Below, piece after piece: positions 1 through 9,074 of a DNA stretch of 64,000 nucleotides. Positions within the stretch are counted from its first letter, which is position 1, and every line of letters begins with the position of its first letter. The notes beneath the pieces are model-generated. The model did not search any database. It saw nothing but the letters and a program-made list of their open reading frames with translations, and was not told the origin of the DNA. A program made the position numbers and the translations under genes. The stretch comes from an uncultured Candidatus Saccharibacteria bacterium (GTDB lineage Bacteria; Patescibacteriota; Saccharimonadia; Saccharimonadales; Saccharimonadaceae), in the NCBI GenBank assembly GCA_963539155.1, contig CAUTJX010000002.1, positions 17,238 to 81,237 of the forward strand. The letters run 5' to 3'.

Positions 1-144
1 ACGGCGCAGCATTTCAAAAGTTTCTACGCTGCCATCGGGCATCTTTTGCGGCCATTGATATACTTTGTAAATCTCACCTCTAAAAACACAATCTGCTTCC
101 CGAGGAATCAGACGAGCACCTTTCGGCAAAACACGTTCGGTCAT
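1..144 (-). CDS. NUDIX-family hydrolase, N-terminal part (runs off window edge)
   Basis: Manual translation from ATG at 144: MTERVLPKGARLIPREADCVFRGEIYKVYQWPQKMPDGSVETFEMLRR. Resembles the N-terminus of ADP-ribose-pyrophosphatase-type NUDIX proteins; the Nudix box itself is outside the window. Confidence 0.6.
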   Translation of the reverse strand, partial: MTERVLPKGARLIPREADCVFRGEIYKVYQWPQKMPDGSVETFEMLRR

Positions 145-148
145 TACA

Positions 149-709
149 CTATGCCTCCAACTTTTTCATCAAAATATCATAACCGTCAGTCACCTCATCT
201 TGATGGCTGACGCCCAGTTCCGCCATAATGCGCCACAAATCAGCGGTTATCGCGGCAGGGTCGGCGTTCTCGTCGGCTAATTGTTCCAGCTCCATAAAGT
301 CGCCTAAACCCTCCACCGAGTCGATGCATACCTCCACATCGTTCAGTTTGCCAGTCTGGCGAGTCTTCGACAAGTCCGAAAACGGCACGAAACCTAACTC
401 CTTAACTATAGCGATCATAACGCCTGGGTCGCCAACTTCTGTTTCGCGCTCAATGCTATCCAACTGCCCAGTGACTGATCGTTTTAGAGTGAATAACGTC
501 CGCTTGGTTTCATTTTCACCATGTCCGCGTGTTTCGGTGCGCACTCGCAGCCAAGGCACCGTGTTGCCGTCGCCGCCAGCTTCTCCCGGCAGACCAAACA
601 CTCGATCGCGCTGATGCACTGGCTCGCCGAGAGCAACACCCTTAGCCGCCAGCGCAGCCAACAGCCCTTCTTTATCTTGCAACCTAACTTTTATCTCAAT
701 CTCTCTCAT
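149..709 (-). CDS. CYTH-domain protein (class IV adenylate cyclase/triphosphate tunnel metalloenzyme)
   Basis: N-terminal EIEIK (ExExK), WLRVR, FTLK, ERETEV, and C-terminal D..EGLGDFMELE...GY motifs. Confidence 0.85.
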   Translation of the reverse strand: MREIEIKVRLQDKEGLLAALAAKGVALGEPVHQRDRVFGLPGEAGGDGNTVPWLRVRTETRGHGENETKRTLFTLKRSVTGQLDSIERETEVGDPGVMIAIVKELGFVPFSDLSKTRQTGKLNDVEVCIDSVEGLGDFMELEQLADENADPAAITADLWRIMAELGVSHQDEVTDGYDILMKKLEA

Positions 710-727
710 ATATAAATGATATCACGT

Positions 728-1300
728 TTAGAACACATCCACCGGGCCGATAATATCAGTATTGCCAAAGTAAAAATCGGTTAAGACCTGCCGCCATGGC
801 GTGCTGGTTGCCGCAGCATATATCATTTTGCCAATATCGCCATGGCAAGCCAACAACACTGTTTGATCTGGATGTTGATGCGCCACGAAATCAAGCACCC
901 GCTGGCCGCGAGTCAATAACTCAGGAAAAGTCTCAGCGCCGTCAGGATGCAAAAAATAGGTCACGTTTTCTGTTTTGATGATGTCCGGCGCACAAATTTC
1001 CTCAATATCAGCGGCCGGCTTACCAGTCATAATGCCAAAATCACGCTCGATTAACTCATCGTGAACTATCGGCTCAGCAAGGCCCAGTGCTGTCGCTACA
1101 ATCGCGGCCGTCTCGAAAGCTCGATCAAGCGGCGATGCATACACCGCGTCAAAAACCAGTCCCCTATCCTTAATGTGCCGCGCCAATTGCCGCGCTTGCT
1201 GGCGTCCCAAATCAGTCAGCGGCAGGTCGCGATGGCCGTTCAGAATCCCGCGCACATTGTCTTCATTCTGGCCGTGGCGAGCGATATAGATAGTAGTCAT
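728..1300 (-). CDS. Histidine phosphatase (phosphoglycerate mutase superfamily)
   Basis: IYIARHGQ, SPLDRAFET, L.ERDFG and CHG motifs. Start placed at ATG 1300, 7 nt after a TATACT hexamer. Confidence 0.9.
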   Translation of the reverse strand: MTTIYIARHGQNEDNVRGILNGHRDLPLTDLGRQQARQLARHIKDRGLVFDAVYASPLDRAFETAAIVATALGLAEPIVHDELIERDFGIMTGKPAADIEEICAPDIIKTENVTYFLHPDGAETFPELLTRGQRVLDFVAHQHPDQTVLLACHGDIGKMIYAAATSTPWRQVLTDFYFGNTDIIGPVDVF

Positions 1301-1376
1301 GAATCTTAGTATATCATCTCTATCGGGCGGCAAGAAACCTCATAGAAACCCTACTTACCACTAAAACTCCTTGTTA

Positions 1377-1772
1377 TCAAACCATTGATACGTCCCGCGA
1401 ATGACGCTCCAGCCAATCAGCAATCGCATCAATATCGAGATGATCGGTCGCGACGCGGACAGCGAAATCTTCTAATTCAACAGCCGCCGCAGTCATTCTC
1501 CAGCCGTTTCTCGCCAAAAAGATGCCAGTAATCGTCACCGCTGTACGCTTATTGCCATCGGTAAAGATGTGGTCTGCTATGCAATTACGCAAATAAACCG
1601 CCGCCTTTTCGTGAACTGACACATATTGCTCCTCACCAAAAACAATTGTTCGCGGCGCCGCCACCAGCGACTTTAGCCCCAGCTCATCGCGTACGCCATG
1701 CGAGCCGCCAAAATCCTCAATTATCCAAAAATGCAGCTCTAGAATTTCGTCAATCTCCAGATAGCGAATCAT
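1377..1772 (-). CDS. doc: Doc/Fic-family toxin (death-on-curing type)
   Basis: Fic/Doc motif HIFTDGNKRTA, GG..GVRD motif, 131 aa, overlaps the upstream antitoxin by 4 nt. Confidence 0.85.
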   Translation of the reverse strand: MIRYLEIDEILELHFWIIEDFGGSHGVRDELGLKSLVAAPRTIVFGEEQYVSVHEKAAVYLRNCIADHIFTDGNKRTAVTITGIFLARNGWRMTAAAVELEDFAVRVATDHLDIDAIADWLERHSRDVSMV

Positions 1773-1996
1773 CGGTCTGCCAAGTTTTTCAGCGTTTTGC
1801 CGTACTGTTTTTTGAAATCATCGTAATCCTGACGAAGCGACGGCTTATTTGCTTGCTCAATTGGCTTTACCTGCTCAACCGTTAATCGCACCTCGTCGCC
1901 ATCGCGAATCCCCAGCGCCCGCAAATCCCGCGCCGGCAGCGTCACGCCGCAGCTTGAACCAATCTTGATAACTTTTTGAATTGTAGTGATTGTCAT
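1769..1996 (-). CDS. AbrB/MazE/SpoVT-family antitoxin
   Basis: KVIKIGSSCGVTLP...LGIRDGDEV swapped-hairpin signature; C-terminus Y..TLKNLADR typical of Doc partners. Confidence 0.85.
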   Translation of the reverse strand: MTITTIQKVIKIGSSCGVTLPARDLRALGIRDGDEVRLTVEQVKPIEQANKPSLRQDYDDFKKQYGKTLKNLADR

Positions 1997-2002
1997 ACAA
2001 AC

Positions 2003-2033
2003 ATTATAACAAAATTATAATTTTATTGCAATA
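2003..2033 (-). promoter_or_regulatory. TA operon promoter (-10 TATAAT) with adjacent palindromes, putative autorepression operator
   Basis: TATAAT a few nt before the ATG at 1996; perfect palindromes AAAATTATAATTTT (2011-2024) and TATTGCAATA (2024-2033). Confidence 0.5.
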
Positions 2034-2054
2034 TTAGCGAAACCAAATCAATAT

Positions 2055-2540
2055 TTACCGCACGATTTCGCTATGCAGTTCCTGCCATTTCATATGCGCC
2101 CCATAGGCTCGAGCTGGCGCGTCAACCTCGCTCTTCTGAAGCAATAATTCCTCAGGATTAATAAACATTATTTCATCACCCTCTTCGCCTGGTATAAAAT
2201 CAAAGTTCTCCGGCCAGACGCGACAATAAAAACAGATTTGATTTGCATCAAGCCGCTCAATGTACATCTGTTCCGACGCGTCAAACAGCTGATAGCGCAA
2301 ATCGCCTTTATAGCCAACTTCTTCGTACAACTCGCGTTTCAGCGATGATTCAAAATCCTCATCATAATCCATGCCTCCGCCCGGCAAATCCCAATAAGTC
2401 CGATTAATTTCCTTAACGACCAAAATTTGCCCAGCGTCGTTATAAATTAGCGCTTTGAGCGAGATACGGTAGAGATAATCATGGCGAGTCACTCCGACTG
2501 AATCTTGCGTTACGAGATGCCCGTTGGTGAGTTTTGTCAT
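2055..2540 (-). CDS. NUDIX hydrolase
   Basis: Nudix box PGGGMDYDEDFESSLKRELYEEVG. Confidence 0.9.
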   Translation of the reverse strand: MTKLTNGHLVTQDSVGVTRHDYLYRISLKALIYNDAGQILVVKEINRTYWDLPGGGMDYDEDFESSLKRELYEEVGYKGDLRYQLFDASEQMYIERLDANQICFYCRVWPENFDFIPGEEGDEIMFINPEELLLQKSEVDAPARAYGAHMKWQELHSEIVR

Positions 2541-2614
2541 AGGGACAATTATAACATTTTTAGCCTAAACCAATATGAATTTCTTTCGAGATTGATTATA
2601 TTATTTCCTGTGGT

Positions 2615-3322
2615 TTATTTAGAATACAGGTGTAGTATGTTTCGAATCCACCCCCTATTGGCAATACTGTCAAGCTTCTTCCCAACTGTACCTAGAAGTA
2701 GCGATTCAATTGCATTAGCTTGCACTCGAGCTTGGGTTAGATACTTTTGAGGGCTATACATCGGCTTAATAATATCACCCAAATATCGCTCTTTTATAAA
2801 TCTGCTTTTTTCTTGAAATTCTTCAAACGCTTTGGTGGTTAATTCTTCTCGCGTTTGCTTGGGATTCTTATTAGTATTAGCGTCGAATATCTTTTCTGCT
2901 AATACGCCTACATAATCGGCTACTAGTCTATGTGCATTTACTCTTATCTGCTCTTCGTTTTTCACAAACGCCTGAGAGTTATATCGTGCATTTTGGTCAT
3001 AAAATTTGCATTTACTATAAAATTTATCGATTGCCGACCATTCATCTGAACGAAAATCTTTTATAAAATCTTGTCGATTTGTAGACCAACTTTCTATTGG
3101 CATCAAAAATATATTCTCTGGCACTTCTATATATTCATCGTTTTTCGATAACTCTTCTTTAATCTTCTCAAGATTCATTTCCGCCGTTTGAATTTCAATA
3201 AAAATTGCCTTTGCCGCATTTCTCTTCTTATCCCATTTCTGTTTACTATAAACACCGAAAGCTATAAAACCAACCAATAGAGTTATGATGCTATTTGCAT
3301 CAAACGACAAAATATCCAACAT
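2615..3322 (-). CDS. Hypothetical protein with N-terminal TM helix, AT-rich
   Basis: 235-aa ORF; ATG overlaps the glyQS stop (TGATG); hydrophobic residues ~11-25; visibly AT-richer than neighbours. Confidence 0.7.
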   Translation of the reverse strand: MLDILSFDANSIITLLVGFIAFGVYSKQKWDKKRNAAKAIFIEIQTAEMNLEKIKEELSKNDEYIEVPENIFLMPIESWSTNRQDFIKDFRSDEWSAIDKFYSKCKFYDQNARYNSQAFVKNEEQIRVNAHRLVADYVGVLAEKIFDANTNKNPKQTREELTTKAFEEFQEKSRFIKERYLGDIIKPMYSPQKYLTQARVQANAIESLLLGTVGKKLDSIANRGWIRNILHLYSK

Positions 3323-4668
3323 CAGACTAATTCCTCCGTCTTAGCACGCCGCTGCTCCGTCGTATCCCGCTCACGCACGGTGACCGTGCCGTCCTCCAGC
3401 GTCTGGAAGTCGATGACCACGCAGTGCGGCGTGCCGATTTCGTCTTGGCGTCGGTAGCGTTTGCCGATGTTGCCGTTGTCGTCCCACATCACTCGGCCAG
3501 GGTTGGCTTTGGCGAGCTGAGCGTAGACTTCGCGAGCTTTTTCCACTAATTCTGGCTTGTTCTTCAGCAGTGGTGAAACAGCAAACCTAACTGGCGCCAA
3601 GTACTCTGGCAGCGCCAAATACACCCGCTTTTCACCGTTTTGCTCGTCCTCACGGTACGCGCCCGACAGCACCGCCATCAGCGCCCGCTCCACACCAAAC
3701 GACGGCTCGATGACGTGCGGAACAAATTTTGTGTTCGTTCCCTTGACGGTGTATTCCATGCTCTTGCCACTGGCGCGTTGGATGTTCATCAGATCAAAAT
3801 CGGTCCGGTAAGCGATACCCATCAGCTCTTCGCGGCCAATTGGATAATCGTATTCGATGTCGATCGTCTTTTTGCTGTAGTGCGCCCGATCCTCCGCCGG
3901 CACGTCCAGCTCGTGGATGTGCTCTGGCTTCAAACCTAGCTCTGCCAAAAATGCATGCGTCGCCGCCAGCAATTCATCAAACGCCTCTTGCCAATGCTCA
4001 GGGTCAACGAAATATTCAATCTCCATCTGCTCAAACTCGCGAGAGCGGAAGACGAAGTCGCGCGGTGCAATTTCATTACGAAATGCCTTGCCCTGTTGAG
4101 CAATGCCAAACGGCAAATTAGGATAGAAACTATCGACGACGTTTTTGAAATTAGTGAAGATACCTTGAGCGGTTTCCGGGCGGAGATAAGAAATACTGTC
4201 TTCACTCTCAGTCGCGCCAACGTGCGTTTTGAACATCATGTTGAAGGTGCGCGACTTGCTTAGCGGATTGCCGTCGGGGCTTTTGATGCCTTTTTCGGCG
4301 ATCACCGCATCCATCTGTTCCATAGTCATGCCATCGGCGTCAACGCCATTGTCCTTGAGAATATGATCGGTGCGAAAACGGCGGTGATTGACCGTATCTT
4401 CGCACAGCGGATCGACGAAGGCATCCACATGCCCGCTCGCCTGCCAGACCTTCTGATTCATCAAAATCGCCGCATCCACGCCGTACATATCGTCACGCTC
4501 ATCAACAAACCGGCGCCACCACAAATTCATGATATTACGCTTCAGTTGCACGCCTAGCGGGCCGTAATCCCACGTACCGCTCAGGCCGCCATACACATCC
4601 GAACCCTGATAAATAAAGCCGCGGCGCTTACACAGGCTAATAATTGCTTCCATTTTTGCTTGACTCAC
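3322..4668 (-). CDS. glyQS: Glycine--tRNA ligase (homodimeric alpha2 type)
   Basis: WDYGPLG, YLRPETAQGIF, FRNEIAPRDFVFRSREFEQMEIE, IEPSFG, IGKRYRRQDEIGTP. Confidence 0.97.
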   Translation of the reverse strand: MSQAKMEAIISLCKRRGFIYQGSDVYGGLSGTWDYGPLGVQLKRNIMNLWWRRFVDERDDMYGVDAAILMNQKVWQASGHVDAFVDPLCEDTVNHRRFRTDHILKDNGVDADGMTMEQMDAVIAEKGIKSPDGNPLSKSRTFNMMFKTHVGATESEDSISYLRPETAQGIFTNFKNVVDSFYPNLPFGIAQQGKAFRNEIAPRDFVFRSREFEQMEIEYFVDPEHWQEAFDELLAATHAFLAELGLKPEHIHELDVPAEDRAHYSKKTIDIEYDYPIGREELMGIAYRTDFDLMNIQRASGKSMEYTVKGTNTKFVPHVIEPSFGVERALMAVLSGAYREDEQNGEKRVYLALPEYLAPVRFAVSPLLKNKPELVEKAREVYAQLAKANPGRVMWDDNGNIGKRYRRQDEIGTPHCVVIDFQTLEDGTVTVRERDTTEQRRAKTEELV

Positions 4669-4783
4669 AAGAAGTCTCCTTTCTCCTCTCTACGTTGGTG
4701 AGTGCGAGTATTTAACTCTTTACGTTTTAGTATAACACGCTTTGGTTTTCAGTAGTTTCGCTGCAACGCGGCCAATTCGACGG

Positions 4784-5458
4784 CTAAACGCCAGCGTGTT
4801 GGCGAGCCAATAACCAGCAGCCTGGCAGTATCTGCTCAACCCCGCCAATTTGCGCCACCAGACGCAACGATTTATTCGCTGCTAAGCGCAAAAACTTAAT
4901 ATGATCAGCGGTAAGCTCTCCTTGTTCGCTCAGTCGCAAGCCTCGTTCAATCGAATCGTACATGTAGCGCTTTTGGCGATCAAGCGGCTGGCCAGCAACA
5001 TCGTTCACCAAACTCAGCTCATAACCCGTTAGCTCAGCGTAGCGCAAGTAAAACCATACTTGCACCAACTGCAAAGAAACTGCATCGCCCAAGCCTGCCA
5101 GCGTCTCGCTCAGCACTTCAAACCATTCTGGAATATCGACATCGCGGCTGGCGCGCTCAACCAGTTTGATACATTCATAACCAGATTGCAAGCGATCATA
5201 ATCTTGCAAAATCTGGCGGTAAAAATGATCAAGCCGCGCCTGCGTAATCGTATATAAACTTCCTTTACCGCGACGCAACACTACATCGCTAACCGCAAAC
5301 AGCTCGATGCCGCCCGCCAAGCGGCTTTTCTCGCGCCGCACGTCGCGCGCTATAGCACTGCGTTGCCCTAGCGGCGTTAATAGCGTCAAAATGCGATCTG
5401 CCTCGCCGTAATTCGTCCGGCGCAGCACTATCGCTTTAGTACGTTCAATAGCAGTCAT
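4784..5458 (-). CDS. recO: DNA repair protein RecO
   Basis: AIVLRRTNYGEADRILTLLT...G...VRREKSRL N-terminal OB-fold signature. Confidence 0.92.
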   Translation of the reverse strand: MTAIERTKAIVLRRTNYGEADRILTLLTPLGQRSAIARDVRREKSRLAGGIELFAVSDVVLRRGKGSLYTITQARLDHFYRQILQDYDRLQSGYECIKLVERASRDVDIPEWFEVLSETLAGLGDAVSLQLVQVWFYLRYAELTGYELSLVNDVAGQPLDRQKRYMYDSIERGLRLSEQGELTADHIKFLRLAANKSLRLVAQIGGVEQILPGCWLLARQHAGV

Positions 5459-5820
5459 GCTGCCACCTCTCGCACCGCTTTGGCAATATCATCTGGATAC
5501 ATTGATACTTTATCTAATAATAATCGCACGCCGTACGGCCGCAACTGCTCGAGAGTGATGTCATTTGCACTTGTTGTACACACGACAACAGGAATGCGGC
5601 CTAGGTCGTCGTGCGACTGCAACTCGTGCAGCAGCACTAAACCGTTTGGGCCCGGCATAAATAAATCAAGAATAATCACCTCAGGCTGAAAACTATCTAT
5701 CAAATCAAGCGCCTCTATAGCATTTGAGACGCTCTGGACTACTATATCGTTGTGCTCGAGACGCCGCGTAAACAGTTTCGCTAGCCACTCGTCATCATCA
5801 ATTACTAGCACGCGCGTCAT
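5455..5820 (-). CDS. Single-domain response regulator (receiver only)
   Basis: VLVIDDD, ILDLFMPGPNG, conserved T and K; no output domain. Confidence 0.9.
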   Translation of the reverse strand: MTRVLVIDDDEWLAKLFTRRLEHNDIVVQSVSNAIEALDLIDSFQPEVIILDLFMPGPNGLVLLHELQSHDDLGRIPVVVCTTSANDITLEQLRPYGVRLLLDKVSMYPDDIAKAVREVAA

Positions 5821-6536
5821 AATAGCCTCAGCTGTGTTGACGCTGGTACATCAACATAAAAAGTTGCGCCATCGCGATGACGGATAACGCCAATTTGCGC
5901 GCCAATCGCTAAAGCAAACTCATTAGCGATAAACATGCCTAGCCCGCTGCTACCTGGACGGTTATGTAGCGGCAGCGGCTCGCGCAAACCCTGGCGCAAC
6001 GCCCGCCAAGCTCGCGCTGGAATTGCCGGCCCAAAATCGCGTACCCCGATCCGTACCCGCTGATTGTTGTCGGTAGCCCGTACCGAGATCGCTACCGACG
6101 AATCATCAGCGCTATAGTGTAGTGCGTTATCAGCAAAGTTAGCCACAATCCGCCGCAACAAATCGCGGTTAGCCACTATCAACCGCTGACGAGATTTTAC
6201 CTGGGTTTTTAGAGATTTATTATGAGCATGGTACAGCGGTTGAAGTTCGCTCATCACTTCGTTACAAAGACCGGCCGCATCAATCGCTTCTAACGTGAAT
6301 AAGGCGTTTTCTAGGCGGCGAGCTTTAGTTAAATCTGTCGTCAAGCGCAGCGCCCTTTCCGCCGTCAGTGTGATCCGCTGCGCCAAGACAGCCCGCTCAA
6401 GCGCCGTATACTCCCCTGCTTCTAACTCAATCGCCAACTGGCGAATCAGAGCAAGCGGCGCTTTCAGTTCGTGCGCCGCCACTGTAAACGACGGCGAATC
6501 TGCCCACAAACCAGCCTGCGCCTTACCCTCCTGCAT
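5817..6536 (-). CDS. Histidine kinase (HisKA + HATPase), no sensor domain
   Basis: H-box AAHELKAPL, N-box NFADNALHYS, G1 DFGPAI, G2 SSGLGM. Confidence 0.9.
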   Translation of the reverse strand: MQEGKAQAGLWADSPSFTVAAHELKAPLALIRQLAIELEAGEYTALERAVLAQRITLTAERALRLTTDLTKARRLENALFTLEAIDAAGLCNEVMSELQPLYHAHNKSLKTQVKSRQRLIVANRDLLRRIVANFADNALHYSADDSSVAISVRATDNNQRVRIGVRDFGPAIPARAWRALRQGLREPLPLHNRPGSSGLGMFIANEFALAIGAQIGVIRHRDGATFYVDVPASTQLRLL

Positions 6537-6586
6537 ACACCTAGTTTAGCATGCTGCAACAGGCTGTTCTAGCACAAGCAAAACAC

Positions 6587-7249
6587 TTATTCGTTGAATT
6601 TGAGCGTCTTCAGCAGCTTCTCGTAGTCAGCAGTGAAAACGTCGCCGTCAGTACGCATCGTCAGTGTACGATCGCGCATCTTCAACAGTACTGCCGTACC
6701 GTAAGTGTCTTTATCAAAGTTACCAACTAGCTTGGTACCTGTATGCTTGCCATCGTTGTAAACACTAGACTTCAAGTCGCCTCTTTTAATTAACGGATCA
6801 TAAGTGGATACAGATTTATCATAAGTTTTTTGCTCAATTGTTATCCTCAGGGCGATTTTCGATTCTCTAACAATCGGCGGGATTGTCACTGGGTTCAGAT
6901 AAGCTTCATATGTCACGCCGCCGCCCTTGCTAATATCGGTTGCCTGATAAGCACTCCAAGTCTTGGGATATTCAAACGTCAAGGCGCCGTAATCTGACGG
7001 CCCGTTAAACTGCCGATTCGGTTCTTTCTCGCGCTTTTCGAAGTCGCTCTCTAGCTTCTCGCTATTCTCTTTGACAGCTTGAGCTTTAGCTGTCTCGATT
7101 TTCTCGTCGACGTTTTCTTTCTGGTCGAGATATTGCATATATGACCAAATACTAAAACCGCCGAACCCCAGCACCAACACTACCAATACCGCAATAGCGA
7201 CAATACTGCCAGTGATGGCGCCTTTTTCTGTATAATGCCTACTCTTCAT
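6587..7249 (-). CDS. Membrane-anchored extracytoplasmic hypothetical protein (PsbP-like motif possible)
   Basis: N-terminal TM after EKG, short coiled segment, LTFEYPKTW motif. Confidence 0.65.
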   Translation of the reverse strand: MKSRHYTEKGAITGSIVAIAVLVVLVLGFGGFSIWSYMQYLDQKENVDEKIETAKAQAVKENSEKLESDFEKREKEPNRQFNGPSDYGALTFEYPKTWSAYQATDISKGGGVTYEAYLNPVTIPPIVRESKIALRITIEQKTYDKSVSTYDPLIKRGDLKSSVYNDGKHTGTKLVGNFDKDTYGTAVLLKMRDRTLTMRTDGDVFTADYEKLLKTLKFNE

Positions 7250-7289
7250 GCTTACGATTATACTTTGTCGAGGCTAAATATGCAAAGGT

Positions 7290-7793
7290 TTAACTCTGCG
7301 GCTGCAGCAAATAGAGATTATGCGCGCCCGCGGTCTTATGCAAAGTAAGCCCAGCCGCCTCGAAACCGTAGCTCAATAGCCAAATATCATGCCCAAGGCG
7401 GTTAGTCTCATGCTGTAAATATTGAACCATCTTGGCGATATCACGACCGTCGCCAAAAAGATAGACGACCGTCGTCTCGTCTGGCAGCGGCGTGCGCCAA
7501 AAATTAGCTAACCGCACCGACACTTTCTCGTCATGCCGCGATAACCAACGTGAAATCAGTACTAGCAGCGGTTGTAGTTCGTAACCAATCGCCCGCGCGC
7601 CGCGGCGGCTCGCTTCGCGCAACACTACGCCGTCGCCCGAGCCAATATCCACCAACACATCGGTTTTTTTGAGCTGGTACAGCTCATCAAAAGCTTTTTG
7701 CAAGTCGCGGCGTCGCGACGGCACATACGGCGCGCCTGTGAAAGCCACAAAGCCAAACAGCAGCACCACAGCAGCGACAGCGGCAAAAATCAC
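7290..7793 (-). CDS. Membrane-anchored SAM-dependent methyltransferase
   Basis: TM, GAPYVPS, motif I VDIGSGDG, acidic end of beta-2 (GYE). Confidence 0.85.
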   Translation of the reverse strand: MIFAAVAAVVLLFGFVAFTGAPYVPSRRRDLQKAFDELYQLKKTDVLVDIGSGDGVVLREASRRGARAIGYELQPLLVLISRWLSRHDEKVSVRLANFWRTPLPDETTVVYLFGDGRDIAKMVQYLQHETNRLGHDIWLLSYGFEAAGLTLHKTAGAHNLYLLQPQS

Positions 7794-7990
7794 GCAAATT
7801 TTTCCTTGAGGACGGTAATTTTATTGCGCAAGCCGTTCAAATCTTTTTCGATATCGCTAGCTAGTTTCTCGGCTGCTTGATAGCGTTCTATCGCCTGTTC
7901 AATATCGAAGTCATCGCTTTCAAACCACGCCACCATCTGGCGCAGCTCTTCGATTTTTTGGTTGATAGTTTTCTCATTTTTGCTTGACAT
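7790..7990 (-). CDS. xseB: Exodeoxyribonuclease VII small subunit
   Basis: 66 aa helical (IEELRQMVAWFES.DFDIEQAIERY), overlaps the end of xseA. Confidence 0.85.
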   Translation of the reverse strand: MSSKNEKTINQKIEELRQMVAWFESDDFDIEQAIERYQAAEKLASDIEKDLNGLRNKITVLKEKFA

Positions 7991-9074
7991 TTTTAACCTC
8001 CGCTTTGATAATTATTTTTTCTTCCTCGATACTAATAATTTCGCCAATTTCGGTCGAACCGCGCACAATCGCGTAACCGCGCGCCAGCGCCAACTGCGGA
8101 TTGTACGCCGCCAAAATCCGCTGAAATTGCTTGATCTCGCTCGTTAAGACGTCAGTTCTGCTATCTAGATGTAGCAACGCGCGCTGCCGCAAGCTGTCAA
8201 CCTCACTACTTAAATCGCTAATCGCTGACTCCGTCCGGTAGGCCATACCGTCAACCAGCACTTTTATTTCTCGCAGCAGTTCTCGTCGGTCTGGCACAAT
8301 GATTTGCGCCGCGTTACTCGGCGTAGAAGCCCGCACATCGGCAGCCAAATCCGCCAGTGTCATATCGACTTCGTGCCCAATGCCGACCAATGTCGGCACG
8401 CGGCTGGCAGCAATCGCTCTAACCAACAATTCATCGTTAAACGTATTCAAATCGTCAGCACTGCCGCCGCCGCGAATGACCACCAGCACCTCGGGCGGCG
8501 TTTGACTCTCGTTAAAACTATTAATTGCCGCAACAATCTGATCAGCCGCCGCCTCGCCTTGCACTTGAACATGCGCTACGTCAATTTGCAAGCCGCCCCA
8601 GCGCTCATTTACGATTTTGATAAAGTCCGCGTAGCCTGCCGCCTGAGTGCTGCTTATCACGCCGATACGCGCTGGAATTTGTGGCAAACAACGCTTGCGC
8701 TCCGCGGCAAATATTCCTTCCTTCTCCAACTTAGTACGCAACAGCTGGAAACTTTTGCGCAAGCTGCCCTCACCTAGCAGACGGTAATTTTGCACGGTCA
8801 CACTAAATTTACCCCACTTCGTCACTTTGGGCTGCGCCCGCACCACTAGCTTCATGCCGTCTTCAATCGGCGTTCGCAGTTGATAAACTGGCATAAAACA
8901 ACCGACGCTCGCTTCCTCGTCTTTCAAATCAAAAAACACCCATTTGCCTTGATTTACCTTGAAACTGGCGACCTCGCCCTCAATCTCAACAGCGCTGCAC
9001 GAAAACTCCAGCACTTGATTAATCAGCTCGACGAAACCGCTAACGCCGAACCTTGGGATCGGATTTTCGTCCAT
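7974..9074 (-). CDS. xseA: Exodeoxyribonuclease VII large subunit
   Basis: EGEV..., FFDLKD, VQVQGE, RGGGS.DDL..FNDE, GIGHEVD, STPSNAA, LARGY. Confidence 0.95.
   Translation of the reverse strand: MDENPIPRFGVSGFVELINQVLEFSCSAVEIEGEVASFKVNQGKWVFFDLKDEEASVGCFMPVYQLRTPIEDGMKLVVRAQPKVTKWGKFSVTVQNYRLLGEGSLRKSFQLLRTKLEKEGIFAAERKRCLPQIPARIGVISSTQAAGYADFIKIVNERWGGLQIDVAHVQVQGEAAADQIVAAINSFNESQTPPEVLVVIRGGGSADDLNTFNDELLVRAIAASRVPTLVGIGHEVDMTLADLAADVRASTPSNAAQIIVPDRRELLREIKVLVDGMAYRTESAISDLSSEVDSLRQRALLHLDSRTDVLTSEIKQFQRILAAYNPQLALARGYAIVRGSTEIGEIISIEEEKIIIKAEVKNVKQK

Noticed and set aside
4669..4783. T-box upstream of glyQS (and likewise serS, lysS, proS)
   Set aside because: No UGGNACC antiterminator bulge, and the intergenic spaces are too short.
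6587..7249. Type IV pilin call from the EKG-hydrophobic N-terminus
   Set aside because: Lacks the Phe+1/Glu+5 pattern of class III signal peptides; left as a membrane-anchored hypothetical.
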